This document shows, in pieces, positions 9,014 to 18,806 of a stretch of DNA of 64,000 nt. The notes below the pieces were generated by a model. That model had not been told where the DNA came from, did no database searches, and saw only the letters and a list, made by a program, of their open reading frames with translations. This DNA is from a virus, in UHGV virus genome UHGV-1366919. One strand, written 5' to 3'. The translations under genes and the position numbers were made by a program. Every line of letters starts with the position of its first letter. Positions within the stretch are counted from its first letter, which is position 1.

Positions 9014-11371
9014 TTAATATAGTTTATAGTTGAGTTTTTTGAGAATTCGCTTAAAGGTTAATTTAACTTTATCTTTTGTTTGAAATCCTGCACCATTTAA
9101 AACCGCTTGTATTTTTTCTTTTACAGAAGAAGTCATAATATTGGTTGAAATATTATCCAAACAAACTGATGACATAGTATAAAAGAAATTCAATATTTCT
9201 TTATCTGAAAGCTTTTTAATTTCAGCATCAAACTCTCTTTGAATATTATAACATTGATTTGCTAAAATTGAAAGATCAAATATATCCATTATGAATCGGT
9301 TAAATCCTCCTCTATAAAGATTAATTTCATATCTTGTAGAGATAACCGGATAATCAGGAGTCGATGCAGAAATTTTTGGAGCTGTATATCCTGTTACAGA
9401 TTTAAAATCAATATCATAAATCCTGCAGATATTAATGATTTGATCTGGAAGATAAACGAGTTTATGCTTTTTACAATATTCAATATAGGTTTCTTTCCAT
9501 TTAATTTCCATAGCTGAAATGCACCCGAGAGAAACAAATTTATCGTAATGGTTTTTATAAAGCTTTGCTATTCGTTTAATGCCAAAATCTGTACAAAGAT
9601 GAGACTGATAAAGCTGCGTCGGACTATTATAATTAACGAAATTTGTACAAAAGGCCAGATAAGAATTAAGGTAGTTATCATTATTCATGAGCATTGAAGG
9701 ATAAAATACTAACGTATTTTTGTATTCTTTCTCATCAATAATTTCACCGGTATAATAATCCCGGAGAACTACCGCTTCACCATCTGAAGACTTTATTCTT
9801 TTAGGCCTGACATATGTTGAATGCTTAACAATATCAGAATAATTAAACCAATCGATATTTTGCCTAAAGCACGGCTTGTCGTTAAAAGTAAAGGCCGTCC
9901 TTAAATTAAGGAAATTTGCTTTTTCTTCTTCATCTTTAACAAAACAAAAAATATGAGTTCTTCGAAGATCAAAGACTTCTGCTCGATAATCATTCCCCCT
10001 AAGGTGAACAAGATAATTATAAAGGGCATTAATTATTTCACCATAAGGAAGCTTGATAGGATCTTTATCTTGAACGATAAAGATTATTTCACCGTCAAAC
10101 TTCTTAATTGTCGGATTTGAATAAAGGCTTTTCGTTTTAAGATTAATATTAGTAATATTGCCTGAACCTACATAATAATTTTTTGCAACTGAGCAAACAG
10201 TATTCAAATAGCAATCCGGCCATTTAATAATTGAACTATTTCGATAAAATAAAGTACTTTTTGAGTTAGCTTTATTGATAATATCTGAACAAAGTAAATC
10301 ACTGTCAATAAGTTTATCGACATAATCATTAATAGTCTTTTCATAATTTTTATTAATGATTTTAAATTTACCCTTAATCCAATCATTTGTGAAATTGTTT
10401 ATTTCAATCGATTCTCTGGTGGGAGAAATCGGAATTTCACCGCGTTTAAAAAATAAAAGAACGGTACAAGCATTTTTAATGATATTATATTCATTAAAGA
10501 TTTCATTAGGAATATCAATCTTGTAAATGTTATCTCCATCATAAGCATAATAATTACAGCTCTTAAAAAATGAAGAATAAAAAGTATTAGAAGACCAGTT
10601 ATTCGGAATCAGCAAAACTGTATCTTTAATATAAAGAACTCGGGATTTGTCAAGAAATTCTTTATCTCGATACTTTGCAAATCTTGGGGTTTTTTCGTAA
10701 GGGACATAATTTTCCCATTTATCCTCCGGTACGTCTTCAATGTCTATTTTTTCCGGATAACTCCTAAGTTCAATGACAGGTTCATCACTATTGAAGCCAA
10801 AAGTAATATACGCATCCTTGATTAAATCAAGGAACTTGTAATAATCATCAGAATTATTAAGAGGAATCTTTACCTCAATACCCGTATCATTCAAATCACA
10901 GGGTTCAGAATGAATCAAAGAAGCAATAGAATCATTACCATCAATGCTTGAAGAAAATGTATATTTTGTTCCTTCAAATCGAGAAATTACCAAATAAAGG
11001 CCTGTATATGCCGCAGGAGCCTTAGACCCGATTCCAAATCCTCCAATGGATGTATTTTCTTGATTCTTGGTAGATTCAAAATATTGAAAGAAAACTTGAA
11101 AAGTATCTTCTTTGCTAAGACCCCTGGCAAAATCACGAATAGAAAGTTCATTTTTTGTAAGATGAATAGAAACAGGCATTTTAATGCCATATTTTACATG
11201 TTCATCCAAAGCATTGCTTAACGTTTCAAAAAGTGTTGCCTTAAATTTGTCTGAATAGATCCTATCGCGCAAAATAGAAATTGCCATTCCTACGCGCTCG
11301 GCCGAGATAGACTGTTTGACCTGTTCGGCTATACCTCCGCAAATACTTTTATTCTCTTCAAAAACCTTCAT
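9014..11371 (-). CDS. rIIA: rIIA-like protein with N-terminal GHKL ATPase fold
   Basis: TSIGGFGIGSKAPAAYT matches T4 rIIA DFIGGFGLGSKSPFSYT. Lies immediately upstream of rIIB, the same order as in T4. Confidence 0.8.
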   Translation of the reverse strand: MKVFEENKSICGGIAEQVKQSISAERVGMAISILRDRIYSDKFKATLFETLSNALDEHVKYGIKMPVSIHLTKNELSIRDFARGLSKEDTFQVFFQYFESTKNQENTSIGGFGIGSKAPAAYTGLYLVISRFEGTKYTFSSSIDGNDSIASLIHSEPCDLNDTGIEVKIPLNNSDDYYKFLDLIKDAYITFGFNSDEPVIELRSYPEKIDIEDVPEDKWENYVPYEKTPRFAKYRDKEFLDKSRVLYIKDTVLLIPNNWSSNTFYSSFFKSCNYYAYDGDNIYKIDIPNEIFNEYNIIKNACTVLLFFKRGEIPISPTRESIEINNFTNDWIKGKFKIINKNYEKTINDYVDKLIDSDLLCSDIINKANSKSTLFYRNSSIIKWPDCYLNTVCSVAKNYYVGSGNITNINLKTKSLYSNPTIKKFDGEIIFIVQDKDPIKLPYGEIINALYNYLVHLRGNDYRAEVFDLRRTHIFCFVKDEEEKANFLNLRTAFTFNDKPCFRQNIDWFNYSDIVKHSTYVRPKRIKSSDGEAVVLRDYYTGEIIDEKEYKNTLVFYPSMLMNNDNYLNSYLAFCTNFVNYNSPTQLYQSHLCTDFGIKRIAKLYKNHYDKFVSLGCISAMEIKWKETYIEYCKKHKLVYLPDQIINICRIYDIDFKSVTGYTAPKISASTPDYPVISTRYEINLYRGGFNRFIMDIFDLSILANQCYNIQREFDAEIKKLSDKEILNFFYTMSSVCLDNISTNIMTSSVKEKIQAVLNGAGFQTKDKVKLTFKRILKKLNYKLY

Positions 11372-11395
11372 GCTTAAATTACAATAACAAAATTA

Positions 11396-12301
11396 CTATA
11401 ATTTTTCTCTAATTTTCTGGAGGTGTTCAGATATTTCTTTTTTAATGGTTTCTGCATTAGTTTTCCATTGGCTGTCCCAAACTTCAATTAAAGTGATTCC
11501 GGCATCTTTACAAAGTTGCCTTTTATTTTCATGATAGCCAGGTTCTTTTTCTTCATGTATTTTATGCCAGTATTCGCCATTATATTCAAGGGCAAGTTTT
11601 AATTCAGGAAGATAAATATCCAATTCTTTTCGACCAATAAATTTTCTTGTATTTTCGAGAATTTCTCCAGGATAAATTGATTTGATAAAATCGCATAACT
11701 CCTTTTCACCCTTAGATTTCTTTTCATGAAGGGCACATTTTAAACATCCCCGCCCAGTTAAGTGATTATACGCCATTTGAGCAAATTTACCATGGACAGG
11801 ACAAATAATAATCACATTTGTTTCTGCATTAATATAAATTGTTTTCGAATAATCGAATTTATGTCCATGCACTTTTTGAGCACGGTTAATAAATTCTTTT
11901 GTGGTTAAACGCTCCAATCCTACGCAACTTTTGCATCCATGCCCCCTTAAATGATTGATGGGATATTGCTGAAAAGGTCCATGAACAGGGCAAATAATAG
12001 GTACTTTTGCATGATTATTTTTATAGTTTACTTTAGAATAATCATATTTGTTCCCATGAACCTCTCTTGCTTTCTTTATAAACTTCTCAGTCGTTAAAGA
12101 TTTTGCATCAACTGCACATTTAAAACATCCCTGACCTCGTAAATGGGCTCCGGCTCTTTGTTGGAAAGGTCCATGAACCGGGCAAATAACAGTTATAGAA
12201 CTATAAGCATTTTTATAATTTACTTCAGAATAATCAAAAAAGTCTCCATGTATTTTTCTAGCCCTGTCAATAAAAATTTCAGTGGTTATTCTGTTGGGCA
12301 T
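11396..12301 (-). CDS. free-standing homing-endonuclease-like protein (paralog 2)
   Basis: 301 aa. Four zinc-ribbon-like repeats (CPVHGPF.Q...HLRG.GC..C) and the C-terminal ELDIYLPELKLALEYNGEYWH module. Inserted between rIIA and GroEL. Confidence 0.65.
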   Translation of the reverse strand: MPNRITTEIFIDRARKIHGDFFDYSEVNYKNAYSSITVICPVHGPFQQRAGAHLRGQGCFKCAVDAKSLTTEKFIKKAREVHGNKYDYSKVNYKNNHAKVPIICPVHGPFQQYPINHLRGHGCKSCVGLERLTTKEFINRAQKVHGHKFDYSKTIYINAETNVIIICPVHGKFAQMAYNHLTGRGCLKCALHEKKSKGEKELCDFIKSIYPGEILENTRKFIGRKELDIYLPELKLALEYNGEYWHKIHEEKEPGYHENKRQLCKDAGITLIEVWDSQWKTNAETIKKEISEHLQKIREKL

Positions 12302-12309
12302 AATAGTTT

Positions 12310-12354
12310 TTATTCAAAAATAAAAAATCCTCAGATCAATTAAGACCTGAGGAT
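12310..12354 (-). terminator. intrinsic terminator downstream of GroEL gene
   Basis: aatcctcag/ctgaggatt stem, followed by tttttattttt on the minus strand. Confidence 0.55.
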
Positions 12355-12376
12355 TTTCGGTTATCATGATTACAAA

Positions 12377-13981
12377 TCACTTTTCAGATTGTTCATCAAC
12401 CAAAAATGTTTCTGTTGTTAGAATCAAACCTGCCGATGCAGCGGCGTTTTCAATTGCGCAACGACATACACTAAATGGATCAATAATTCCCGCTTCTAAC
12501 ATGTCTACTAACTTTTGCGTCTTAATATCAAACCCAATACTGCCTTTAGCTTTTGCGACCTTTTCGATGATAACATCCGGCCGTTCAACTCCGGCATTCT
12601 CAAGAAGAGTCTTAAGAGGAATGTCAAGAACCTTTCGCATCAGGTTAATACCAGCATTAAAAGATTCATCCCCTGTTTCAAACTTAATAGACTTATTCTC
12701 TTTAATCTTAGCAAGAACAGATCCTCCCCCTGGAATAACTCCGGATCGTAAAGCTGCTTGACAGGCACATACCGCATCATCTACCCGGTCCTTAATTTCA
12801 TTTAATTCAGATTCAGAATTACCTCCGATATTAAGAACACATACTCCTTGGGCAAGCTTGGCAATTCGCTTATTAAGCACATCTTCTTCCCATGTGCCGG
12901 GACTGCAATTATCTCGTTCCTCCTTAAGCAAATCAATATGTTCTTTAAGCCTTTGAGGATTTCCTCCGCCTTTTAAGAAAGTTGTATATCGTTTATCACA
13001 AACAATCTTTTCACAGGTGGCAAAATCTTCCTCTCTAATAGAATTAAAATCACGTGAAAGAAGTTCAGTAAAATATGTACCTCCTAAAGTAATTTCAAGA
13101 TCTTCCATTTCCCTCTTCATGCCGTCTCCATATCCTGGACACTTAATGGCACAAATGTTAATAATGCCTTTAATCTTATTAATGACAAGAGTTTGAAGAA
13201 CTTCGGATTCAATATCCGGAGCGATAATAAACAAAGGCCTTCCGCGAAGTTCTTTAGTATTAAAGACTTTCTGAAGAATAGGCATAATTTGCTGATTATT
13301 TGTCAATTTAATTCCAGATAAAAGAATTAAGGGATTTTCAAGAATACATTCTTGTTTAGTCGTATTATTGACAAAATAAGAACTCATCCAGCCTCGAGGA
13401 ACTCGTAAACCTGCAATAAACTGAGAAGAAGATTCATTGCTCCTGCTGTCATTAATAGTAATGGAACCATCCAAACCTACTTTTTCAACAGCTTCAGAAA
13501 CAAGATGTGCAATTTCTTTATCCCAGTTGGTAGAAACTAAAGCAATTTGGTGAATCTGTTCTGGAGAACATTCCTGCTTAATATTTTCTTTAATATAGTT
13601 GGCAATTGTCTTTGCCGCTGAAATAACTCCGCGTTGAATTGAAATCGGATTATAACCTGTTTCAATCAGCTTCATGCCTTCAGATGCAATAGCCTCAGTG
13701 AGGATTGCGCTGGTACTGGTCCCATCACCAGCCTGGTGCGCTGATTGCTCGGATGCTTGACGAATAATATCTGCACCCATTTTTTCAAGTACATCAGGCG
13801 GATTTACATGGCGAGCTACTGTAACGCCGTCTTTTGTAATATATGTCGCATTACCCATTCGATATATTACATTTCTACCGCCAGGCCCGAGCGTCGAAGA
13901 AACTGCATTAGCAAGTTTCTTTACACCATTAAGCAGTTTCTTCCTGCCTTCATTTCCCATATAAATGTTTTGTTGAATCAT
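12377..13981 (-). CDS. groEL: phage-encoded GroEL-family (Hsp60) chaperonin
   Basis: 534 aa. TLGPGGRNVI, ITKDGVTVAR, AGDGTSTSAILTEAI and VIPGGGSVLAK match GroEL TLGPKGRNVV, ITKDGVSVAR, AGDGTTTATVLAQAI and VVAGGGVALIR. No C-terminal GGM tail. Confidence 0.9.
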   Translation of the reverse strand: MIQQNIYMGNEGRKKLLNGVKKLANAVSSTLGPGGRNVIYRMGNATYITKDGVTVARHVNPPDVLEKMGADIIRQASEQSAHQAGDGTSTSAILTEAIASEGMKLIETGYNPISIQRGVISAAKTIANYIKENIKQECSPEQIHQIALVSTNWDKEIAHLVSEAVEKVGLDGSITINDSRSNESSSQFIAGLRVPRGWMSSYFVNNTTKQECILENPLILLSGIKLTNNQQIMPILQKVFNTKELRGRPLFIIAPDIESEVLQTLVINKIKGIINICAIKCPGYGDGMKREMEDLEITLGGTYFTELLSRDFNSIREEDFATCEKIVCDKRYTTFLKGGGNPQRLKEHIDLLKEERDNCSPGTWEEDVLNKRIAKLAQGVCVLNIGGNSESELNEIKDRVDDAVCACQAALRSGVIPGGGSVLAKIKENKSIKFETGDESFNAGINLMRKVLDIPLKTLLENAGVERPDVIIEKVAKAKGSIGFDIKTQKLVDMLEAGIIDPFSVCRCAIENAAASAGLILTTETFLVDEQSEK

Positions 13982-14003
13982 GATTTACAATTATTATAGC
14001 ATG
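13978..14003. repeat. copy B of imperfect 26-bp direct repeat flanking the HEG at 13978..15069
   Basis: tcatgatttacaattattatagcatg. 21/26 identical to 15066..15091 tcacgatttttaatcattatagcacg. Both copies contain TGcTATAAT and end at a start codon (GroEL ATG / HEG GTG). Confidence 0.6.
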
Positions 14004-15069
14004 TTTCTTTGATAAACTTTTTTAATTTTTCCTTATTCTTTCGCCACTGAGTATCTAAAATTTCTATTAATTTTATACCTTTTTTCTCACAATCTTTTTT
14101 CTTTTGAACATGATAGCCTGGATATTTTTCTTCCTTTAACTTATGATGGTAATCACCGTTGTATTCAAAGGCTAGATTTAATTCAGGAAGATAAACATCA
14201 AGTTCTTTTTTTCCAATAATATCTCTTGGGTTTTCTTGAACCTCGCCTGGATAAATTGATTTAATATATTGACAAAGTTCTATTTCACCTTTAGATCTTT
14301 TTGATGCCGCTAAGCATTTAGGGCAACCGCTTCCGCGTAGATGCGTATTGGGCAACTGTAAAAATGGGCCATGTTTTTTACAAGTTATAATAATTTTTGT
14401 TTTTGCATTTTTATAAGCTACCAAAGAATAATCATACTTGTCTCCGTGAGTAGCTCTAGCTTTTTCTATAAATGCTTCAATAGTTCTCTTATTATTTCCG
14501 GCACAAAATGGGCAGCCGGAGCCTGAAAAATGCTTATCAGGGCGTTGTTCAAAAACTCCATGTATGGGACATATAATTTTTACTTTTGTTCTTTTATTTT
14601 TATAAATTACTAAAGAATAATCATATTTGGTTCCATGAACTTCAATAAATCTTTTTCTAATCTCTTCCTCAGTTAAAAACTGATTTTTAATTGCACATTT
14701 TTTACATCCTTTTCCTATTAAATGGCTTGATGGATCTTGCTTAAGAGTACAACCACATTTATTACATTTTATGATTACCTCGGTTGTTGAATTTATATAA
14801 TCAACTAAAGAATAATCATATCGGCCTTTCCCATGAATTTCTTCAGCTTTTTCTATAAATTCTTCTGTAGTCCTGTTAAATCCTTTACATTTAGGACAAC
14901 CATGGCCCATTAAATGAATGTTGGGAATTTGCTCAAAGTAGCCATGTATGGGACAAAATATTTTAATTAATGTTTTTGTGTTAAAATATACAACTTCAGA
15001 ATAACCATACTTATTGCCATGTATTTCAATAGCTTTTTTAATAAACTCTTTAGTTGTTAATCTTTTCAC
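13978..15069 (-). CDS. free-standing homing-endonuclease-like protein (paralog 3), GTG start, overlaps GroEL start codon
   Basis: 363 aa. Five repeat units and the C-terminal ELDVYLPELNLAFEYNGDYHH module. Its 3' end overlaps the GroEL ATG (ATGA overlap). Confidence 0.65.
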   Translation of the reverse strand: MKRLTTKEFIKKAIEIHGNKYGYSEVVYFNTKTLIKIFCPIHGYFEQIPNIHLMGHGCPKCKGFNRTTEEFIEKAEEIHGKGRYDYSLVDYINSTTEVIIKCNKCGCTLKQDPSSHLIGKGCKKCAIKNQFLTEEEIRKRFIEVHGTKYDYSLVIYKNKRTKVKIICPIHGVFEQRPDKHFSGSGCPFCAGNNKRTIEAFIEKARATHGDKYDYSLVAYKNAKTKIIITCKKHGPFLQLPNTHLRGSGCPKCLAASKRSKGEIELCQYIKSIYPGEVQENPRDIIGKKELDVYLPELNLAFEYNGDYHHKLKEEKYPGYHVQKKKDCEKKGIKLIEILDTQWRKNKEKLKKFIKETCYNNCKS

Positions 15070-15091
15070 GATTTTTAATCATTATAGCACG
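15066..15091. repeat. copy A of imperfect 26-bp direct repeat immediately 5' of the HEG start
   Basis: See 13978..14003. Confidence 0.6.
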
Positions 15092-15228
15092 AATTAATAA
15101 ATTTCTGCCCGCAATTTGAATCTAAATCTTCGAAAGATATGGAATTACCGCAAGGAAGATGCTTATATTGAACAGGAAAATATCCTTTCTGGCAGCAGCA
15201 AGAAGACAGAAGAAATATTACTAATAAT

Positions 15229-15651
15229 TTAACCCCAAGTGAATAATCCATAACCCCAGAACCGGCTTATATTAGGAAGAGGATTTGGTGTTTCTTCAAG
15301 GAAAATAGTCTGACCGGGATGCCGCTTTTCATATACTTGCTTTACAAGGAAAATAATAAGAGGTATAAAAAAGTCCAATATAAAATGAACGTTATCTGTC
15401 TGTCCCTGTAAAATATTTTCTATGAGGTCAAATTTATTTTCTTTGAGATAATCAATTAGTTCAGGCGGAAGAATATCATCTTCACCGGCGGCAAAAATAT
15501 TATCGTCAAAATCAAATCCTAGTTCAGATTTAATGCCATCTAAACATTCTTCAAATTCTTCTTTAGTAAGATCAGTCTTTAACCATACTATATCTCTTTC
15601 ATCATGTCCGTCTCCAGACAAATCGCCATATTCAAAACTAAAAATATTCAT
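15229..15651 (-). CDS. acidic hypothetical protein
   Basis: 140 aa, D/E-rich N-terminal half. Confidence 0.4.
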   Translation of the reverse strand: MNIFSFEYGDLSGDGHDERDIVWLKTDLTKEEFEECLDGIKSELGFDFDDNIFAAGEDDILPPELIDYLKENKFDLIENILQGQTDNVHFILDFFIPLIIFLVKQVYEKRHPGQTIFLEETPNPLPNISRFWGYGLFTWG

Positions 15652-15663
15652 ATCAATATAAAT

Positions 15664-15707
15664 GGAAATTCCGCCTAATATTAAATTAGGCGGAATTTCT
15701 TTATTTG
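15664..15707. terminator. perfect 15-bp hairpin between SPFH gene and downstream gene
   Basis: ggaaattccgcctaat / attaggcggaatttc with a 4-nt loop, followed by tttatttg on the + strand. Confidence 0.4.
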
Positions 15708-15711
15708 TTAA

Positions 15712-16761
15712 TTAATTACCAGCAGGTTTAAAATCCGCAATATTCAGAACCTTAAACAAACCATCATTTTGATTAGCTCCTCCCATAATCAGCATTGAAG
15801 GAAGTTTAATATCTTTGAAAGATTCAAAAAACTTAATTCGAGCATAATTACTTCCCATTGCTGCATTCAATTCTCGAATTGCTTCAGCTTCAAGCTTCTT
15901 ACCTTGAGCTTCTGCAGTCTTCATAGCAAGAAGAGCTTCTGCTTCATTTTTCTTTTGAGCAAGCATGGCCAAAGACTCTTGTTCTCGGCGATACCTTGCA
16001 GCATCAGATTCAGCCTTAGCCTGAAGAAGCTTACCTTGAGCTTCTGCAGCCATCTTATTGGCAATTGCCCGGCCTTCTGCATTAGCAATCTCTTCGGAAC
16101 GCTTTGCAATTTCAAGCTGGGTAGCCTGGCGTTCATATTCCTGAGTAGCCTCAACCTTCTTAGTAATACCAAGAGTCACCGATTCAGGCGGAATAGTGGA
16201 ACCAATAGTTACACTTTCAACAATAAATGGAGTACCATTAAGTTGCTTCTTAAGGTTAGTCTCTACCATCTTGGTGATTTCCGGAATCCGGGAAGGAGCT
16301 TCTAGGCCTTTAAACTTAGCAATAGCAGATCGTACTTCAGTACGGAAAGGTTGCTGAATAAATGAAGCATAAGCATCTTGAGCAATAGCTTCCGGGCTTC
16401 GAGCTGTTTCAGAGATAGCTCCATAATTTTCAACAAATTCCTTTACTTTTTCACTGTCGATACGATAAACAAGATAAGATTCAGCCTTCATCTTAAGTTG
16501 GTCCGAACTGCGGACATCATCAAAAGTTTCAGTCTGAGTATAAGGAGTTACGCAAATCTTAATAGAATTCTGCCTCCATACCATACCTGTACTACCGGGT
16601 CCTTTAATTACTTGTTTAAATTCCTTCGAACCAAATATTGGTTCGGAATAAACATAACCCGCATAACCGCCATCAATTTTTTCATTTGAAAAATTAACGG
16701 CAAAAATAATAGCCGCAACAATGGCAATAATTAGAAATAGAGCTGCAAAAAAATCCTTCAT
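15712..16761 (-). CDS. SPFH/band-7 (HflK/flotillin-like) membrane protein
   Basis: N-terminal transmembrane helix (FFAALFLIIAIVAAIIFAV), SPFH-like core, long Ala/Glu/Gln coiled coil (EAQGKLLQAKAESDAARYRRE...). Confidence 0.65.
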   Translation of the reverse strand: MKDFFAALFLIIAIVAAIIFAVNFSNEKIDGGYAGYVYSEPIFGSKEFKQVIKGPGSTGMVWRQNSIKICVTPYTQTETFDDVRSSDQLKMKAESYLVYRIDSEKVKEFVENYGAISETARSPEAIAQDAYASFIQQPFRTEVRSAIAKFKGLEAPSRIPEITKMVETNLKKQLNGTPFIVESVTIGSTIPPESVTLGITKKVEATQEYERQATQLEIAKRSEEIANAEGRAIANKMAAEAQGKLLQAKAESDAARYRREQESLAMLAQKKNEAEALLAMKTAEAQGKKLEAEAIRELNAAMGSNYARIKFFESFKDIKLPSMLIMGGANQNDGLFKVLNIADFKPAGN

Positions 16762-16808
16762 GTTTTATTTTCTTTTTATTTTTTATGTGACTAATATTAA
16801 TATTAATA

Positions 16809-17258
16809 TTATACAGAAATATTATTAATAACTGGAATTCCAACCACTGGAATCTTGGTCTTTAACTTAATCTTATAATCCCCCACAACTAAATCCTTTG
16901 CTTTTATCTTAGAAATAGCATTGGAAACCGTAGTGATATTATATTTTTTACCTCGTTGAGACTTCACAACATCGATAAGATTTCGTTCAACTGCCAACTG
17001 AACTTCTGAATCACTAAGTTCCTCAGGAGCTTGAATAATTACATAAGAACGATCTTGAAATTGTTCGACTTCTGTATCATCCAAAACAATCGGCATTACA
17101 AGAAATCGATTTTTAACTCGATTTTTCTTTTCGGTCAATTCTTTCTCTTGCTCAACAAGAGCCTTTGCTTCCTCCAGAATAATTTTTTGTTTATCCTGAG
17201 GTACTTTAGAAGCCGCAAGAATCATCTCAAGGTCTTCAATATCAATTTTTAGTGCCAT
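16809..17258 (-). CDS. hypothetical protein
   Basis: 149 aa. Confidence 0.4.
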   Translation of the reverse strand: MALKIDIEDLEMILAASKVPQDKQKIILEEAKALVEQEKELTEKKNRVKNRFLVMPIVLDDTEVEQFQDRSYVIIQAPEELSDSEVQLAVERNLIDVVKSQRGKKYNITTVSNAISKIKAKDLVVGDYKIKLKTKIPVVGIPVINNISV

Positions 17259-17261
17259 AGT

Positions 17262-17828
17262 TTATATTTGATATGTGATTAAATCCGTTGTCAATTTATT
17301 AATTGTTTCAATAAATGCTACCGGGATAGCTTCTTCAATTTTTAGTAAAAGTAATTTTAAGTTCTCATTAACTTTAGGGCCAAATAAAATATATTGAGTA
17401 TCATTGTTTAAATCGACAGAATAAGCTTTAAAATTTGCTTGATTAAAACTTATAACTGTAAATCTATCAACAATTAAATTGTTTTTTAAAAAAGTCTCTC
17501 TGACAAAATTCTCAAGATCTCTGGAATAAATTCCTCTATGATGATCTACTTCTACTTCAATTAAAAAAGATTGATTTATATCAATAAAGTGGTCAAATGA
17601 AGCTATTCCTAAAGTATTCCACCAAGTAAAATACCTTTCATTAAGGCCATTCTTTACTTTAATGATTTTGCTTTTATTGGCAAATGGAGAGTAAATTGTA
17701 AAAGCATGTTTAAAATCTTCAATAGTCCTGTAAGCAGGATCTTCAAAGAATTCTTCTTCAAATAAATCGACTTGGTAAGTTTTACCATTACCAAGTCGAT
17801 CAATAAGTTTGAAAACTGCTTGTTTCAT
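17262..17828 (-). CDS. hypothetical protein
   Basis: 188 aa, 1-nt overlap with next gene. Confidence 0.4.
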   Translation of the reverse strand: MKQAVFKLIDRLGNGKTYQVDLFEEEFFEDPAYRTIEDFKHAFTIYSPFANKSKIIKVKNGLNERYFTWWNTLGIASFDHFIDINQSFLIEVEVDHHRGIYSRDLENFVRETFLKNNLIVDRFTVISFNQANFKAYSVDLNNDTQYILFGPKVNENLKLLLLKIEEAIPVAFIETINKLTTDLITYQI

Positions 17829-18502
17829 TAACTCTCAGCAACACGAGCCTTCAAACGGGCAAGAGCATCTTCTTTAGATACAGATTCAATAAATTCATTC
17901 ATTTCATCTTTAGTATCATTAAGAGTTCCGCTTACTTCAATTGAAGCATCGGCCTTAGAATCTTTCTTTTCAAGAATCTTATCTACATCTGCCAGCATCC
18001 CGTTAAAATCATTTTTGCCTGAAATATTCGCAATATCCTTCAAAGCAGCAAGATCTTCCTTCATAGCAGCAGATGCAGCCTTCAACTTAATCTGTTCAAT
18101 TCGAGAATCATAAGAATTAAGAACAACTCTTTGATTACTAATCAACTTATCATAAGTTGCAGTTGCTTCTTCAAGAGCCTTTTCAGCCATATCAAGCTGT
18201 GCCTTAGTATTTTCATATTGAAGAGAAAATTCGGCGGCAAGACTTTCCTTGCCATTCTTAAGAGCAAGAATGGCTCGTTCATTGAGAACTTGAACCTTTT
18301 GCTTAAGACTCTTTACATTTTTAGTCATGTTGTTTACTGTAGTCTTTACAGCAACCAATCGTTCATAAATTTCTTGCTCGGCCTTGCTCTTTTCATCTTC
18401 GAGAGACGCAATAAGAGCATCAACATTCTTACTTTCAAGTGAATTTACACCAAGATTAAGCCAGCCAAACAAAACACGTCCCAAACGTCCAATAATTCTC
18501 AT
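17828..18502 (-). CDS. PspA/IM30 (Vipp1)-like coiled-coil protein
   Basis: N-terminus MRIIGRLGRVLFGWLNLGVNSLESKNVDAL parallels PspA [25 protein letters not shown]. Predicted all-helical coiled coil of about 220 aa. Confidence 0.5.
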   Translation of the reverse strand: MRIIGRLGRVLFGWLNLGVNSLESKNVDALIASLEDEKSKAEQEIYERLVAVKTTVNNMTKNVKSLKQKVQVLNERAILALKNGKESLAAEFSLQYENTKAQLDMAEKALEEATATYDKLISNQRVVLNSYDSRIEQIKLKAASAAMKEDLAALKDIANISGKNDFNGMLADVDKILEKKDSKADASIEVSGTLNDTKDEMNEFIESVSKEDALARLKARVAES

Positions 18503-18508
18503 ATATTT

Positions 18509-18778
18509 TTAAATTTTAATTTTTTGATTTTCGTCCAAATATTTGTATTCGTTAAGTATTACAAATTGATTTTTAATACTTTCTTTATCCCAATTAACTC
18601 CAATTTCTTTGAATTTATTAACGCTTAATTTAATTTCAGTCTGCCCGTTTCTTATTAACCAAAACTTGGCTTTTTCATCAATTGTTATTTCTCCATCAGA
18701 AGGAATTAAAGTATGGTAATAATTTTCAAGAAATGCTTTTTGATTGCGCGTCCAAAGCCATTTAGGATAATCAAGCAT
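18509..18778 (-). CDS. hypothetical protein
   Basis: 89 aa. Confidence 0.35.
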   Translation of the reverse strand: MLDYPKWLWTRNQKAFLENYYHTLIPSDGEITIDEKAKFWLIRNGQTEIKLSVNKFKEIGVNWDKESIKNQFVILNEYKYLDENQKIKI

Positions 18779-18806
18779 ATTAAAATAATAAACTTTTACT
18801 ATTCTT

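Noticed and set aside
15070-15228. Searched ORF-free gaps (15070..15228, 33995..34153, 51244..51430, 28918..29091) for tRNA genes
   Set aside because: No GTTCGAnTC T-loop or acceptor-stem complementarity was found by eye. 28918..29091 and 51247..51366 instead hold plausible small ORFs below the track threshold.
16770-16812. Short tandem (taatat)3 and similar AT microrepeats (also atatatatatat at about 49755, acatatacatatacatat at about 41710)
   Set aside because: Too short, with no spacer structure. Consistent with AT-rich intergenic DNA rather than CRISPR arrays or satellite repeats.
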